A stretch of DNA of 64,000 nt from NCBI GenBank assembly GCA_964016885.1, contig OZ024741.1, forward strand, positions 365,614,001-365,678,000, read 5' to 3'. Below are positions 24,989-38,347 of this stretch, one piece after another; the first letter of the stretch is position 1, and each line of letters opens with the position of its first letter. Made by a program: the position numbers and the translations under genes. Source of the DNA: Eledone cirrhosa (taxonomy: Eukaryota). The notes beneath the pieces are model-generated. The model did not search any database, was not told where the DNA came from, and was given only the letters and a program-made list of their open reading frames with translations.

Positions 24989-25510
24989 ATATGAAAGACG
25001 TAAAATAAGAAAATTATAAAAATTTACTTACATACTAAAATTTCACTCCAACTAATTAGTTTCTGAAAGGGAATAAACATGCTTTCCGATTGGAAGAACA
25101 TGAGAAATATCCTTTCGTCATCAGGGAGTTCTGTTCTCAGCTAAGTTCCCAGGCAATGCGTGGACACAGGGAACTTATACAAAAATAATTCAGTGGATGG
25201 AAAAAAGCAAGCGAGGACATTTAAAAAAATCACTGCCTAATTGGTCGGTGGCAAATTCAAAAGAATCAATCACGTGACATCGAGGTCAATCAGTGAGGAG
25301 TGGGGGTGCTAATAAGACAGTAGCCTGGCTATTACTATGAACCATAGCAGTAGTTTTGGCAAATTTTTGCTCAACAAAATAATGATGACGAAAGGATATT
25401 TCTCCATGTTGTTCCAATCGGAAACCATGTTTATTCCCTTTCAGAAACTAATTAGTTGGAGTGAAATTTTAGTAAGTAACTAGATTTTTATAATTTTCTT
25501 ATTTTACGTC

Positions 25511-25517
<7 letters not shown>
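24989..25517. repeat. Fold-back element: ~135-bp inverted arms (24989-25122 / 25383-25517)
   Basis: TATGAAAGACGTAAAATAAG...CTTTCGTCATCA is the reverse complement of TGATGACGAAAG...CTTATTTTACGTCTTTCATA. The arms contain CTGATGA-cga...tcg-GAAA. Confidence 0.9.
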
Positions 25518-26008
<491 letters not shown>

Positions 26009-26103
26009 GAAGTGATTCCGTCAGAAAGATCCAGGAAAAAAATAGTGCTCTATGTTAATTACAGAGCTTATTAGTTATGTAATAAACAACATAAGATAAT
26101 TAT

Positions 26104-26161
26104 TTAATTTACCAGTGGTTTCTTGAAATCAACCAAAATTGCTTTCATTCATCAGAATGAA
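26104..26161 (-). ncRNA. Minimal type I hammerhead motif
   Basis: Reverse complement of the motif at 43169-43226. Confidence 0.65.
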
Positions 26162-26461
26162 CAAATCCTGGTGTCTTTATTGACAGTGAATTTGAAAAAC
26201 AAAAATATAACAGATATGAAAGTGAAGCTGGAGGAAAAAAGAGGGGGTGGGGCTGGGAGATTAATAAATAAGAATATATAATAACACACAATACACATAT
26301 TCACGCCAACACGCACAGACACTCACATATACACACATATATACATATATATATATATATACATATATACACGCATATATACACATATATATACACAGAG
26401 ACACATATACACACCCACATATATATATATATATACACATATATATACATGCACACGTACA

Positions 26462-26531
<70 letters not shown>

Positions 26532-26551
26532 TATACATATATATATACATA

Positions 26552-26582
<31 letters not shown>

Positions 26583-26652
26583 ACACATATATATATATTC
26601 ATATATATATATATATACATACACATATATATATATTCATATATATATACAT

Positions 26653-26697
<45 letters not shown>

Positions 26698-27212
26698 TAG
26701 ATATATATATACATACACATACATACATACACACACATACATACACACATATATATACACATATGCATACGTACTCACATATCAAAGGATACACATGCAC
26801 ACACACAAATAAGAATAAATAATCATAGTAGGCCGTCACATGCAAATAAGCAAATAAAAAATACGGATTAAGAAAATAAAAAATAAAAAATATTATTATG
26901 TTGACAGCGATACAAGAGGCAAAATTTAAAATAAAAATTAAAATAATAATAATAATAATGATTTCATTTATTGGCCACAAGGGCCGACATATAGGGGACA
27001 ACACAATAGACAGGGACAGTGGGGGTTTACATAGAGATCGAGTAAGTATAAATAACAAAAAAACAAAATAACAATAAAAATACAACAATGAAAGTTCCCC
27101 AATAAGAGGGATCACCACCCAGGGTTGACTCAAGCACCCCACCAGTCCTGAGCCACCCGACGCTCCTAGGGCACCCGGGAAGGGCACCCCTCTCCTTCTC
27201 GAATTCACCAGC

Positions 27213-30190
27213 CTACAGGCGCATGATCAGAGTAGGCCCACTCACGCGGGCCATTCTCGCCACATTCACCCACCTTTCAGTAAATGTACTGGGGGGCAGC
27301 ACTTCTCTCTCCACCCTCACCTTCCTTTCCAAGTGAAACTTGAAGAAGTTGATGAGGGATTGGCCGAAGAGAAAAGTGTCTGTCTTCAGTCCTTTCAACC
27401 TGGTCCACCATGCAACCTCTTTCGCTACTGCCACCAGGCAGAGGAAAATTGCCTGCCCTTCCTGACCAAAAGAAGGCGGCGGGTCAATCTTCACTATGGA
27501 CTCGGACGATAGCCGGATCCGTTCTACACGCGACAATAGCTGTTCGACATAACCCCACAAGTCAGCAATGCACGGACACTGGACGAGTGCGTGCAGAACG
27601 GTTTCGTCGCTCTGCGCGCATCTCGGGCAGGTTCGTCTGACAGCACTTCCGTGCCTGTAGAGTTTATCCCGAACCGGCAGCGCCCCCCGGTAGCACTGCC
27701 AAGCGAGGGATTTCTGGAAGTTATCCATCGTCCCCGGCTCGAAAGTCCTCCGGAACATACTGGTCAGTTCTACTTCGTTGACGCCTAGAGCCTCTCCTAG
27801 TACGTCATCGTACTTGCCCTCCCCTAATCCTCTATAGAAATCTTGAGTGGAAGTTCCACTGACCGCATTGCCCACCTTGCAGAGTGCAGTGAGCGCCTGG
27901 CAACATTCCAGATGCCAGTCGCCCAGTCTCGGTCTCTTCTTGACCCAGGACTGCAGCTCAGTCAAAGAGATGAGCTGCTGAAAGGCCCGTCTAACAAACG
28001 GCGACCACACCTGTTCACCGTTTAGGCAAAATATCTGGAGATGTCGCAGCCTCAGCGCATGTCTGCGCATCATTAGCCACGGCATGCCCAGCCCTCCACG
28101 AAGAGGGTGCTGGCAGAAGATGGACCGCCTCACCAACGGGACCCGTCCCCTCCACAAAAATTTGAAAAGGAGCCGTTCCAAATTGGCGAGGCGTGGACGG
28201 GGGCAAGGCACGACGGTCAGGCGGTAGTAGATGACGGACGCGATGTACGCGTTCGCCACCTCCGCCCGCCCTTTCAGTGATAGCTTTCTCTCAGCCCATT
28301 TCTGGGTGAGGTTGGCTATCCTGCTCGTCACCTCGTCCCAATTCTTATCCACCTGGAGGTCTGGTCCGAACCAAACCCCGAGTAACTTTACCGGTCCGTC
28401 TGTCCAGCGCCCAACGACGCTGTTGGACGGCATGGACTTGCCTCTCCAGGTGCCGAGCTGCAAGCCCACCGACTTTTCCGGGTTAAGTTTTGCTCCCGTC
28501 AACCTTTCATATTCCTCCAAATGGGTGCGGATCACCTCGATTTCCGAGGTGTCCGACACCATCACGGTGATGTCGTCCGCATAAGCGGACGCAGCCTTTC
28601 TACGTCCCGGTTCGAGCGGGATGCCCTGCAACAACTCCAGCTTCCGCAGTAGAGGCTCAAGAGTCAATACGTACAGAAGTGAGGAGAGAGGGCACCCTTG
28701 ACGGACCGATCGAGAGATCTGAAACGGTTCCGAGAGGTGGCCATTAACTTTGACCACCGAGCAGATGCCGCTGTACATTGCAGCGATCCAGCTTCTGAAG
28801 ACGGGGCCGAAGCCAGCCGCCTCGAGGACAGCCTCCAAGTACCGATGGTCGACCCTATCGAATGCTTTCGATTGATCTAAATTGATCAGAGCCCCACCGA
28901 AGCCAGGTTTGCGTGGCAAGCCGTCGAGGTAGGGACTGAAGTCCGCCGCCGTCTCCGACTCACCCATCCTCCCGAACAATCGAGCAAAGTGCTGGCGAAA
29001 GGCCTCACACATTTGCTTGGAATCGCTCAGTTCGTGTCCATCTCGATCCGTCAAAGACCGAATTGTGGTTTTATTTCCACGCTGCGTCTCTGCAAAGCGA
29101 GCCCATCGGGCAGCTTTGGTTCCCTCGTTCCTCAGAGCACGCGCCTTAGCTCTGACAATGCAACCTTCGTGTTTCGCATTGAAGAAATGGTCTAGTGCCA
29201 TTCTCGCCGCTAGCACGTCTGTTGCAATGCCACTACAAATAGCCTCGTCTAACTTAGCTATCAGCCCCTCCTCCTTTCTATTTTTCTCTATTGCTACTTC
29301 TTTGCTAAATCCTATCGAGGTTGCTCTAATCTCTCTTTTGAGAGCCCCCCACCACCTGTTGTTGACAACCCCCCCCCCTGTCAACTTTTGCTTAACTAAG
29401 TTGTTGACCCGGTCCCTGTAAGCTCTACGTGCCGGAAACGACATGTTTAGCTTCCAGTAGCTTGGTCCTAACCTACGTGTCTTATCTAGGTCGACCATAC
29501 AGATCACAAGCTTGTGATCTGAATAGGCAACCGTTTTAAAATGTGGACATCCTACACTATTTCTATCTCTTTTCCTAATGAAAATCCTATCTATGTACGA
29601 TCTAGATGACCCTATGCGATTGGTCCAGGTCCATACTGGCGCATTAGGGAAATCTAGTCGGTACCTGTCAGACAGTTGAAACTGGCTGATCAGGTACTTG
29701 AGGCTTTTGCACCCCCCGCTCCTATCAGATACTCCCACACAATCCCAGCGTGCTTCTAAGATGCCATTCCAATCCCCTATTAACAGTAAAGGGCGAGACG
29801 TAAGCAGAAAGTTTTCCAGGCGCCTAAAGAAGTCCGGCCGACCGGCCCCAGTAGGGGCGTAGACGGCCACCAGTCTAAAGGCCCCACCTTCGCTATTTCT
29901 CACGTCCAGGACCACCAACTTTCCGTCAGGATCCCGGAAGATTGACCTTACCTCGAGATCCAGACATTTCCTAAACAGCACATCACTCCACCTCCCATTC
30001 CCGGCCGACTAACAGATGCAAAGATCTGATAATCGTCGAAAATCGGCGCCAGTGCGCGTGTGTCGGAAATTCTGGTCTCGCTGATGGCAATTACATCCAT
30101 TCCTAGTGACCTGAGGTCGTTGAGCAAGTGACCTTGCTTCCAGGGCGACCCCAGGCCACGAACATTTAAACTTCCTACTCTTATGGCCAT
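27213..30190 (-). pseudogene. Tx1-like ORF2: APE, RT (YADD) and C-terminal CCHC; one frameshift near 29985 and an in-frame internal deletion
   Basis: SLNVRGL, ISETR, VYAP, GDWN, YIDR, YSDH, LDQSKAFDRV, VRQGCPLS, AYADD, CPRCAQSDETVLHALVQC. Confidence 0.92.
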
Positions 30191-30219
30191 GCTGGCAGGA
30201 TGAATGGGAGAGGAAAGAT

Positions 30220-32114
30220 TTACTTACCTTCCGGGGTCTTGTGAAGGTCGGGTGGTTCGACCTCCATGGTTTGTGGGGTTTCTTTTGGGAACCCCTTTAA
30301 TAGTCTTGAAGTGGGTTTTACGTTCGAGGAAAGCTCTTTCGAATTTCTTTGTATGAAGCGAGCGACATTCGCATCAGAAGCAAATTATCTGGTACGCGAA
30401 ATGTGCTCGCTTCAAATGTTTCCCCCTCTTTTTCGATGTTTGTGCTTCGTGCTACATGGGCCATCAATTCCTTGTTGGCCCTTCTGGCAAGCACGAAGTT
30501 TTTAATGTTTTGTTGCTCGGGTTTTATTTGTTCGTGTGATTGTGGTGGTGATAGCTTTGTTAGTGTTGTTTCTATTGTGTCTGCGTTTGTTGTGGGTGGG
30601 GTGTCTGTAGTTTCTGATGTTTGTGTGTCTATTTGTTCTTGTGTCTGTTTAGCTTGTTTGCGTTTGGGGGATTTTGGTGGTTGTGTTGGTGATGCTGTGG
30701 GGAAAGTGTTTGTGTGGGTGGTGTGTGTATTTTTTTTGTGGGGGTGTTTGTGCTTTGTGGATTTCTTTTTTTTTTGTGTTTTGTTTTTTGTATTTTGGGG
30801 GACTTTGGTTTTCCCTCATCTTCACTGCTGGAGGATGAGGGGTCTGTGGCTGTGAGCGTGTTTATGTCTGAGTGAGTGTTTATGTTCTTGTTCGTGTGTG
30901 TATTTTTTTTTGGGGGGGGGGAGGGGGAATGGGAGAGCTTTCCTCGTTTCCCCCCTGGGTGTGCAATTTTGGTGGTTCCATTGTTGACGGTGTTGCTGGT
31001 GGTCCTTGTCCCGGCGTCGCCAGCAGTGGAATCTTTCGACCCCTTGCGCTTTTCGGCAGTTTAGGGCAGAAGGCTCGCAAGTGTGTCGTTTCCCCACAAA
31101 GGAAACAATGCGGCCTTTTGCCCTCAGTCATTATATGCAACACCCTCCCGTTTTGGAGGCGGATGTGGTCCGGGATTGCTTTTACGTTTTCGGGTTGATT
31201 TGGAGCAGTATCTCCAGATCAACCCCGGACCAGTCGTCCCTGGCAGTTCTCGTTGCCTCTACCGGGACTGTATCCGTTCCTTCCACGATTACGCAACCCA
31301 GGAGCCACCACATATCAAGTCCTGGTGGAATCCTGGGAATGCGCACACGTGCTATTCGTTTTCCCATGTGGGAGGGGTACATTATGACCTTGCTGGTTTT
31401 GCAAGGGGTCATTGAATGCTTCAGAGCGAGGGCTTCAGACTTGAACAGCACCGAAACGGTGCCGTATTGCCTGCCCCTCTCTATGAAGTCTGTGTCCTCT
31501 CTGATGTATTTCAGTGCGGCTTCAATATCAGCTTGGGCGATTACCGCTGCCCTCTTTGTCTCTACTGAGATGCATCTGAAATGCACCGTTCTTTTTTCCA
31601 CTGCCTCAATGGCTTCTGCCGGGACAGTTAAGTTTGCCCAGGTCTGCTCTTGATTTATGATTTTCCAGGCCTGGGCCAACTTTTCCTCTCTGTTGGTTAA
31701 GTCGATGCTGTAGCATGGTCTCCTTTTAGACGCTGCCACAGCAGCGAAGGTGTTCTTGTTGGTGTTGTCACTGTTGTTGTTCTTGTTGGTGTTGCTGCTG
31801 CTATTGCTGTTGTTGTTCTCCCCTGTGTCGTGGTTACTCTCTGTGCGGTTGGCCTTGTTGGTGCTGCTGCTGTCGCTACTATTACTCTCTGTGCTGTTCG
31901 TTTTGTTGGTGCTCTCGCTATTACCACCTTCTGCGCTGTTCGGCTTGTTGGTGCTCTCGCTGTTACCACCTTCCGCGCCGCTCGGCCCGTTGGTGCTGGC
32001 ACTGTCGCTGCTCACACTCGTGCTGGTGGCGCTCCTCGCCCCACCTCTCCTCTCAACGCTCAAGTCGCCGTTGCACGACAGCAGACCCGCCTCTAGGGGG
32101 CGTGGCTCCGCCAT
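30220..32114 (-). pseudogene. Tx1-like ORF1, frameshifted
   Basis: ORFs 31182-32114 and 30880-31143. Ser/Asn-rich repeats, then FAAVAA, a probable RRM-like region and a Cx2Cx4Hx4C knuckle. Confidence 0.82.
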
Positions 32115-32729
32115 GTTTTTTTGAGAAAAAAAATTATTATTTTTCCAAAATAAAGTTCAAATATTTGGGCCAAAAGGCCCAAATATTATGAGTTATTCCT
32201 TCACAGGATACAAATGAATGTCTTATAATGCTTCAGCGGTACAAAAAAATAAACAATTCTCCACAATTAATCCTCAAAAAATTGCTTACTCACGGAGCTT
32301 CAAAAAACGTACATCCACTTTCGTCAATAATAATAATAATAATACGTGGTAAGGAAATGCACAAAAAAACCCTAAATATATATATATATAAATAAATAAA
32401 AAAATATATATATATACACACATATATATATATATATATGTGTACATACACACACACACATATATATATACATATACACACACACATATACACACACACA
32501 TACGCATACATATAAATATAAAAGCACACCCCATACATATAAACACAGCACAGACGGAAAAGAGAATATACGTACAAATACATATACACGCACACATAAA
32601 TGCATACAACCACAGACACACATACGCATAAGTACGTACACACGCACGCTCATACACACACACATATATATATATAAATATATATACACATACATATATA
32701 TATATATATATATAAACACATATACACAC

Positions 32730-32776
<47 letters not shown>

Positions 32777-33196
32777 CTTACACGCACACATATATACATA
32801 TATATATACACACATACATACATACAGACATATACACATATATACATATATATATATATATAAAAGAAATATATACAAATTTATTTTCAATCTTATGCAT
32901 ATATATATATATATATACACACATATAAACACATATATATACATATATATACATACATATATATACATATACATATACACATATATATATACATACATAC
33001 ACAAAATAAAAATAAAGGGAAGCAAGGGGTATTCAAATAGTAGAGCATACGACAAATAAAAAATAAAGGTATAAATGTTTATAGCTGATTAAGAGCACTC
33101 AACACTTCCTGGAGCAAATAATCAATAAAAGTAAGCATTAAAAAATTACACATACATACACATACACATATATATAAAACATTTATACATACATAT

Positions 33197-33264
<68 letters not shown>

Positions 33265-33460
33265 ATTTGTATATGTATATAACCTCCTCCTCATATATAT
33301 ATATATATATATGGAGGAGGTTATAGTACACTTGAAGCATTGTGTAATGAGGTATAAACGTTTGTATATGTATAATAAAGCCAAAACAATGCAGGTATGG
33401 ACATTGAATAAAGAATGCAAATGCAAAAGATATTGTTGACAATTAGTCTTTTACCTTAGA

Positions 33461-33516
33461 TTTATTTAAATGTCCTAAATTTTCGAGATAATATCTCTTC
33501 TTCAGAGGGAATAAAG
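33461..33516 (-). ncRNA. Hammerhead motif in PLE 3' terminal repeat
   Basis: Minus strand TTTATT..CTGAAGA-A-GAGAT-ATT-ATCTC-GAAA-ATTTAGGACATT-TA-AATAAA. HHRs in PLE terminal repeats are established. Confidence 0.65.
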
Positions 33517-33892
33517 TTGTCAAACCAGTGTTCTAAATAGCTTGCCAAGTCATGCTGACAGGAAATGGTATAGAGTATCTCTTCTATCTCTAATTTCAAA
33601 GAGTTAAGATAAGGTGGATAAAGAGTAGTCTCCCTTTAAGAGGTTTTTTTTTTTCTTTGTACATGCCTGTTTAAGTGTGTGGGAGAATGCATGAAGGTGT
33701 AGGTATGTGAGTGTGTGTGTGAGTGTGAGAAGATATGTCTATACGTAATTGTGGGGGGATAGATGTTATCTCGTGTTAGAACAGGTTTAGTGTGTGTATG
33801 TGTTAGAGAGGATAAGTGGAGGTGTAAGCGTGTGTGTGTGTGTGCGTGCGTGCGTGTGTGGGGTGTGTGTAAATATGGGGCTAGGAGCTCTA

Positions 33893-36577
33893 TCAAGTTA
33901 TAAATTGGGTGTTGAGTTCTAGTCTATTATTAATTGGTGGTTGTGTTTTGTCTATAATTAGTGCTTCCTTAATTCTAAGGTTGCCGAGGTTTCTTTCCTT
34001 AGTTTCTATCCTAACTGTTATGGTTTTGTCGGTGTTTTTGCATTTAACTAGGTGTTTCTTAAATGAGGAAGCGTTAGTATTGAGGTGTTCTTTTATTCTT
34101 ATGTGGAGTGGTCTGGTGGTGCTACCTACGTAGAAGTTGCTGCATTTGTCACACTCTAGTCTGTATACGACGTAAGCCTGGTGGCATAGGTCTGTGTCGT
34201 TGATGGGGCAGTTGGCTAGTCTGCTGCAGTTGTCATGTCTGGTGGAGTGTCTTTTGGTTAGCTGACCGCGTAGAGAAGGACCTGAGTGGGCCAGTTGGAT
34301 AACTAGTCCCTCTCGTCTGATAGCTCTGCGGATGGCTGTTGTTGTTTCTTCACTGAAGTGTGGGATCTTCAGGAAGCAAGTGTTAGTGCCTCGGGTGTGG
34401 TGTCCTCTGTTCTTTCTGGCACGGTTTGTGGTGGATGCCGTGTATCCGTTCAGTTTGAATACTTCCAGGAAATGTGTGGTGTGTGTGTCTCGGTCTCTAG
34501 CGTAGGTGCATTTGTTCCGGATACGTGCCAGTTCGTTCCTTATGTATCCGAACTTGGCACCGAGTGGGAGGGCCGATCTGAAATGTACGAACAGGTCCCT
34601 GATGGCGGCTTTTTTATAGAAGCAGGTGTGGATGTTGCCTTCCTCTGTTACCCTGAGTTGGAAGTCCAGTAGGGATAGGGATCCGGGGTCATCGGGGTGT
34701 TCCATGCTGAACTTTATACTGGCGTCCACGCTGGAGAATGTTGTGTATATTTTATCTGCCTCTTCACGGGATGATGTAAGGATGAGTATGTCATCTACAT
34801 ATCGGGTGAAGAAGGTATGGGAATGGCAGGTGTTGAGGGCTCGGCATTCTAGCTGGTTCATGTAGGTGATGGCCAGCAGGCCCGATAGGCTGGATCCCAT
34901 GGCTAATCCTGTTGTCTGTCTGTATGTGTGGTGGTGGAAGGTGAAGTACGTGTTGTCTACTGTGAAGGACAAAAGCTGGTGTATGTCCGTCGGGTGGAGG
35001 CCGTAGCAGTGGATGTGCTCTGCGACCACGCAGTTCGTCAATAAATCGACAGCTGGATGAGCGGGGACTGTAGTGTAGAGGGAGACAACGTCGAAGCTAA
35101 AGGCGTAACTATTTAGTTTAAGTTGTTCTGGCTAGAGTTGGTGTAGTCTACGTATAACTTCGTCGGAGCTACTGACATGCCCGGGAAAGGTGGAGAGTAG
35201 AGGCTTGAGGACCTGGGAGAGGAGCCAGGAAATTTTGTATAGGGGTCCTTCTATGCTAGAGACGATGGGTCTTATTTGCGTATTGGTGCTATTCTTGTGG
35301 GTCTTGATGAGGTGGTAGAAAGTGGGCAGTCTGCTATTTCTATAGATGTAGTTGAGCTTAACTTTATTAGGGAGTTGTCTTCTCCTACAGATATCGAACC
35401 AGATGGAGTTGGTCTGTTTTTCGATCTGGGCTGCAGTCATGTCCGGGATCTCTGTGTATAATTCATTGTCGCTTAGGTGTTCAAAGGCCAGGCTGTTGTA
35501 TGTGGCTTGAGAGATGACGCAAAACTCTTTACCTTTGTCGGATGGTAAGTATATAAGTTCCCTATTCCGTAGGTTCTTGAGGGCGAGTTGTTGTGTCCTG
35601 GAGAGGTTTGGGGCTATCTTCTTCTGTTTCCGTAAGATGTTAAATACGAAATGTTTTAGCCTCGAGAGTTTTTCTTCAAGCTCGCGATTGGCAGGCGGTG
35701 GACAGAGTGGGCGATCCAGTTGGTATATCGGGAATCTGGGTTTGATAGATTCCGTGGTGTTGTTGCCGAGAGTCGATATCCATTTTAGTTGGTAGGCAGC
35801 CCGACAGAAATTCGTTTCTATGTCGAGCCATAATTTGTCGTCCAGTCTCTGTTTCAATATGAACTTGGGGCCCAGGCTGAGGAGGTCTAATTCCTCTCGG
35901 GAGAGGGATCCTGTCAAGTCTGTGACGAGGTTTTTTGCTTCAGGTGTGTTGTTGGTCGGGGCGCCGCTAGGTTCGGTGTTGGTACCGTCTTGTTCGCCTC
36001 TGTTGGTGTTTAGAGTTGGGATGTTGTTAAGACAGTTGGCCGTCCTGAGTTTGAGAAATTTTTGCGTTAGACGTATTTTCTCGTAGTCTCGGCGATGGTG
36101 GTATGACCTGTCTATAGCGGCGTAGATGACTCTGGACAGAGGTTCTGGGGTTTCAGCGAGTTGTGGTACAAGGCTGGAAATAGTCCGTATGTGTTGTTGT
36201 AGCGTGCGGTGTAGGTGTTGTATGAGTTTTCTTAGGCAAAATTTTTGTATGTAACTAAGTGATCTTTTGAGGCCTGGTGATTTGAAGCATGTTGGTAGGT
36301 GCAAATATTTGATAGTTTTTCGGATGATGTTATTATTCAGGCATCGTTTTAGGAAGTTTATCTGGCAGCCGGCTTTGGCGCGCTTTTCAGATAGCTGGAA
36401 GAGTTTCTTTACAGTTGTGAACTGGGCCAGGCTCAGGCGTAAGGAAAGGAGGAGGTTATAGTTCACTTGAATCATTGTGTAATGAGGTATAAACGTTTGT
36501 ATATGTATAATAAAGCCAAAACAATGCAGGTATGGACATAGAATAAAGAATGCAAATGCAAAAGATATTGTTGACAA
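33893..36577 (-). pseudogene. PLE polyprotein: RT + C-terminal GIY-YIG endonuclease, one in-frame TAG at 35132
   Basis: FLKRC, LLSLGPKF, PSDKG, IKTHK, IRPIVS, FSFDVVSLYT (read through the stop), GLAMGSSLS, RYVDD, VVYRLECDKCSNFYVGST..RIKEH..KEAL..PPIN. The true start or a possible intron is unresolved. Confidence 0.9.
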
Positions 36578-36595
36578 TTAGTCTTTTACCATAGA

Positions 36596-36651
36596 TTTAT
36601 TTAAATGTCCTAAATTTTCGAGATAATATCTCTTCTTCAGAGGGAATAAAG
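36596..36651 (-). ncRNA. Hammerhead motif in PLE 5' terminal repeat
   Basis: Identical to 33461-33516. Confidence 0.65.
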
Positions 36652-36756
36652 TTGTCAAACCAGTGTTCTAAATAGCTTGCCAAGTCATGCTGACAGGAAA
36701 TGGTATAGAGTGTCTCTTCTATCTCTAATTTCAAAGAGATAAGTTAAGGTGGATAA

Positions 36757-36844
<88 letters not shown>

Positions 36845-36847
<3 letters not shown>

Positions 36848-38100
36848 CATACACTTATATACACATATACACGACAACATACATACACGTAAAATTAATA
36901 TCAAAGGGTGGTGGGTATGTAAAAGGTAAGGTAGAGAGTAGGTGGGAATAAGGAAAATAAATAACATAAGAAAAAGTTAAAAAATAAGAGGAGATAGGGG
37001 AGTAAGAGAAAATAAGGGTACAGAAAGTGAGTTCAGAGAGTAAAAAAAGTCGTAGTAGATGTAAGACGTAACGAGCAAAGAAGAGTTTCAAGGTGGTTAA
37101 GTCATCGTAGCAAAGAAGAGGTTCAAGGTGGTTAAGTCATCGTAGCAAAGAAGAGTTTCAAGGTGGTTAAGTCATCGTAGCAAAGAAGAGGTTCAAGGTG
37201 GTTAAGTCATCGTAGCAAAGAAGAGGTTCAAGGTGGTTAACTCATCGTAGCAAAGAAGAGGTTCAAGGTGGTTAACTCATCGTAGCAAAGAAGAGGTTCA
37301 AGGTGGTTAAGTTATCGTAGCAAAGAAGAGGTTCAAGGTGGTTAAGTCATCGTAGCAAAGAAGAGGTTCAAGGTGGTTAAGTCATCGTAGCAAAGAAGAG
37401 GTTCAAGGTGGTTAAGTTATCGTAGCAAAGAAGAGGTTCAAGGTGGTTAAGTCATCGTAGCAAAGAAGAGGTTCAAGGTGGTTAACTCATCGTAGCAAAG
37501 AAGAGGTTCAAGGTGGTTAAGTCATCGTAGCAAAGAAGAGGTTCAAGGTGGTTAAGTCATCGTAGCAAAGAAGAGGTTCAAGGTGGTTAAGTCATCGTAG
37601 CAAAGAAGAGGTTCAAGGTGGTTAAGTCATCGTAGCAAAGAAGAGGTTCAAGGTGGTTAAGTCATCGTAGCAGAGAAGAGGTTCAAGGTGGTTAAGTCAT
37701 CGTAGCAAAGAAGAGGTTCAAGGTGGTTAAGTCATCGTAGCAAAGAAGAGGTTCAAGGTGGTTAAGTCATCGTAGCAAAGAAGAAAGAACTTCTTTGCTA
37801 CGATGACTTAACCACCTTGATCCTCTTCTTTGCTACGATGACTTAACCACCTTGAAACTCTTCTTTGCTCGTTACGCCTTACATCTACTACGACTTTTTT
37901 TACTCTCTGAACTCACTTTCTGTACCCTTATTTTCTCTTACTCCCCTATCTCCTCTTATTTTTTAACTTTTTCTTATGTTATTTATTTTCCTTATTCCCA
38001 CCTACTCTCTACCTTACCTTTTACATACCCACCACCCTTTGATATTAATTTTACGTGTATGTATGTTGTCGTGTATATGTGTATATAAGTGAATGTATAT
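36845..38100. repeat. Fold-back element with inversion centre at 37784-37789
   Basis: 36845-37145 is the reverse complement of ~37790-38100. ORFs 36855-37091(-) and 37852-38088(+) differ by one residue. Confidence 0.95.
37074..37784. repeat. Tandem array, 20 x 35 bp (AGCAAAGAAGAGGTTCAAGGTGGTTAAGTCATCGT), no spacers
   Basis: Unit starts at 37074, 37109 ... 37774 (partial). Two further inverted units at 37790-37869. Confidence 0.97.
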
Positions 38101-38261
38101 ATATATGTATATGTATGTATGAAATTTTTATATATATGTGTATGTGTATGTATGTGTATATATATATATGTGTGTGTGTTTATATGTGGGTGTGTGTGTA
38201 TTTTGATTTATGTGGTTTATAACCCTTTGTACTTATGTTTGTGTGTAGATTAGTGTGTGTG

Positions 38262-38343
<82 letters not shown>

Positions 38344-38347
<4 letters not shown>

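Larger units (their letters stand above)
26960..32325 (-). mobile_element. Tx1/L1-clade LINE with both ends, flanked by (AAT)6 on each side
   Basis: 5' UTR 32325-32115; ORF1 32114 to ~30220 with CCHC knuckle CFLCGETTHLRAFC; ORF2 30190-27213; 3' UTR ends AATAAATGAAATC. (AAT)6 at 26942-26959 and 32326-32343. Confidence 0.93.
33313..36759 (-). mobile_element. Penelope-like element (PLE) with ~310-bp direct terminal repeats
   Basis: RT-GIY-YIG ORF between repeats 33313-33622 and 36448-36759. Embedded in (TA)n on both sides. Confidence 0.93.

Noticed and set aside
35132-35134. Selenocysteine or programmed readthrough in the PLE ORF
   Set aside because: The stop is TAG, not TGA, and the endonuclease is C-terminal. 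A point mutation is simpler.
37074-37143. Array unit as a hammerhead (minus strand CGATGA...GAAAC)
   Set aside because: The core is not CUGANGA, the would-be stem II cannot pair, and most units have GAAC.
37074-37784. CRISPR array
   Set aside because: The 35-bp units are contiguous with no spacers, there are no cas genes, and the context is eukaryotic.
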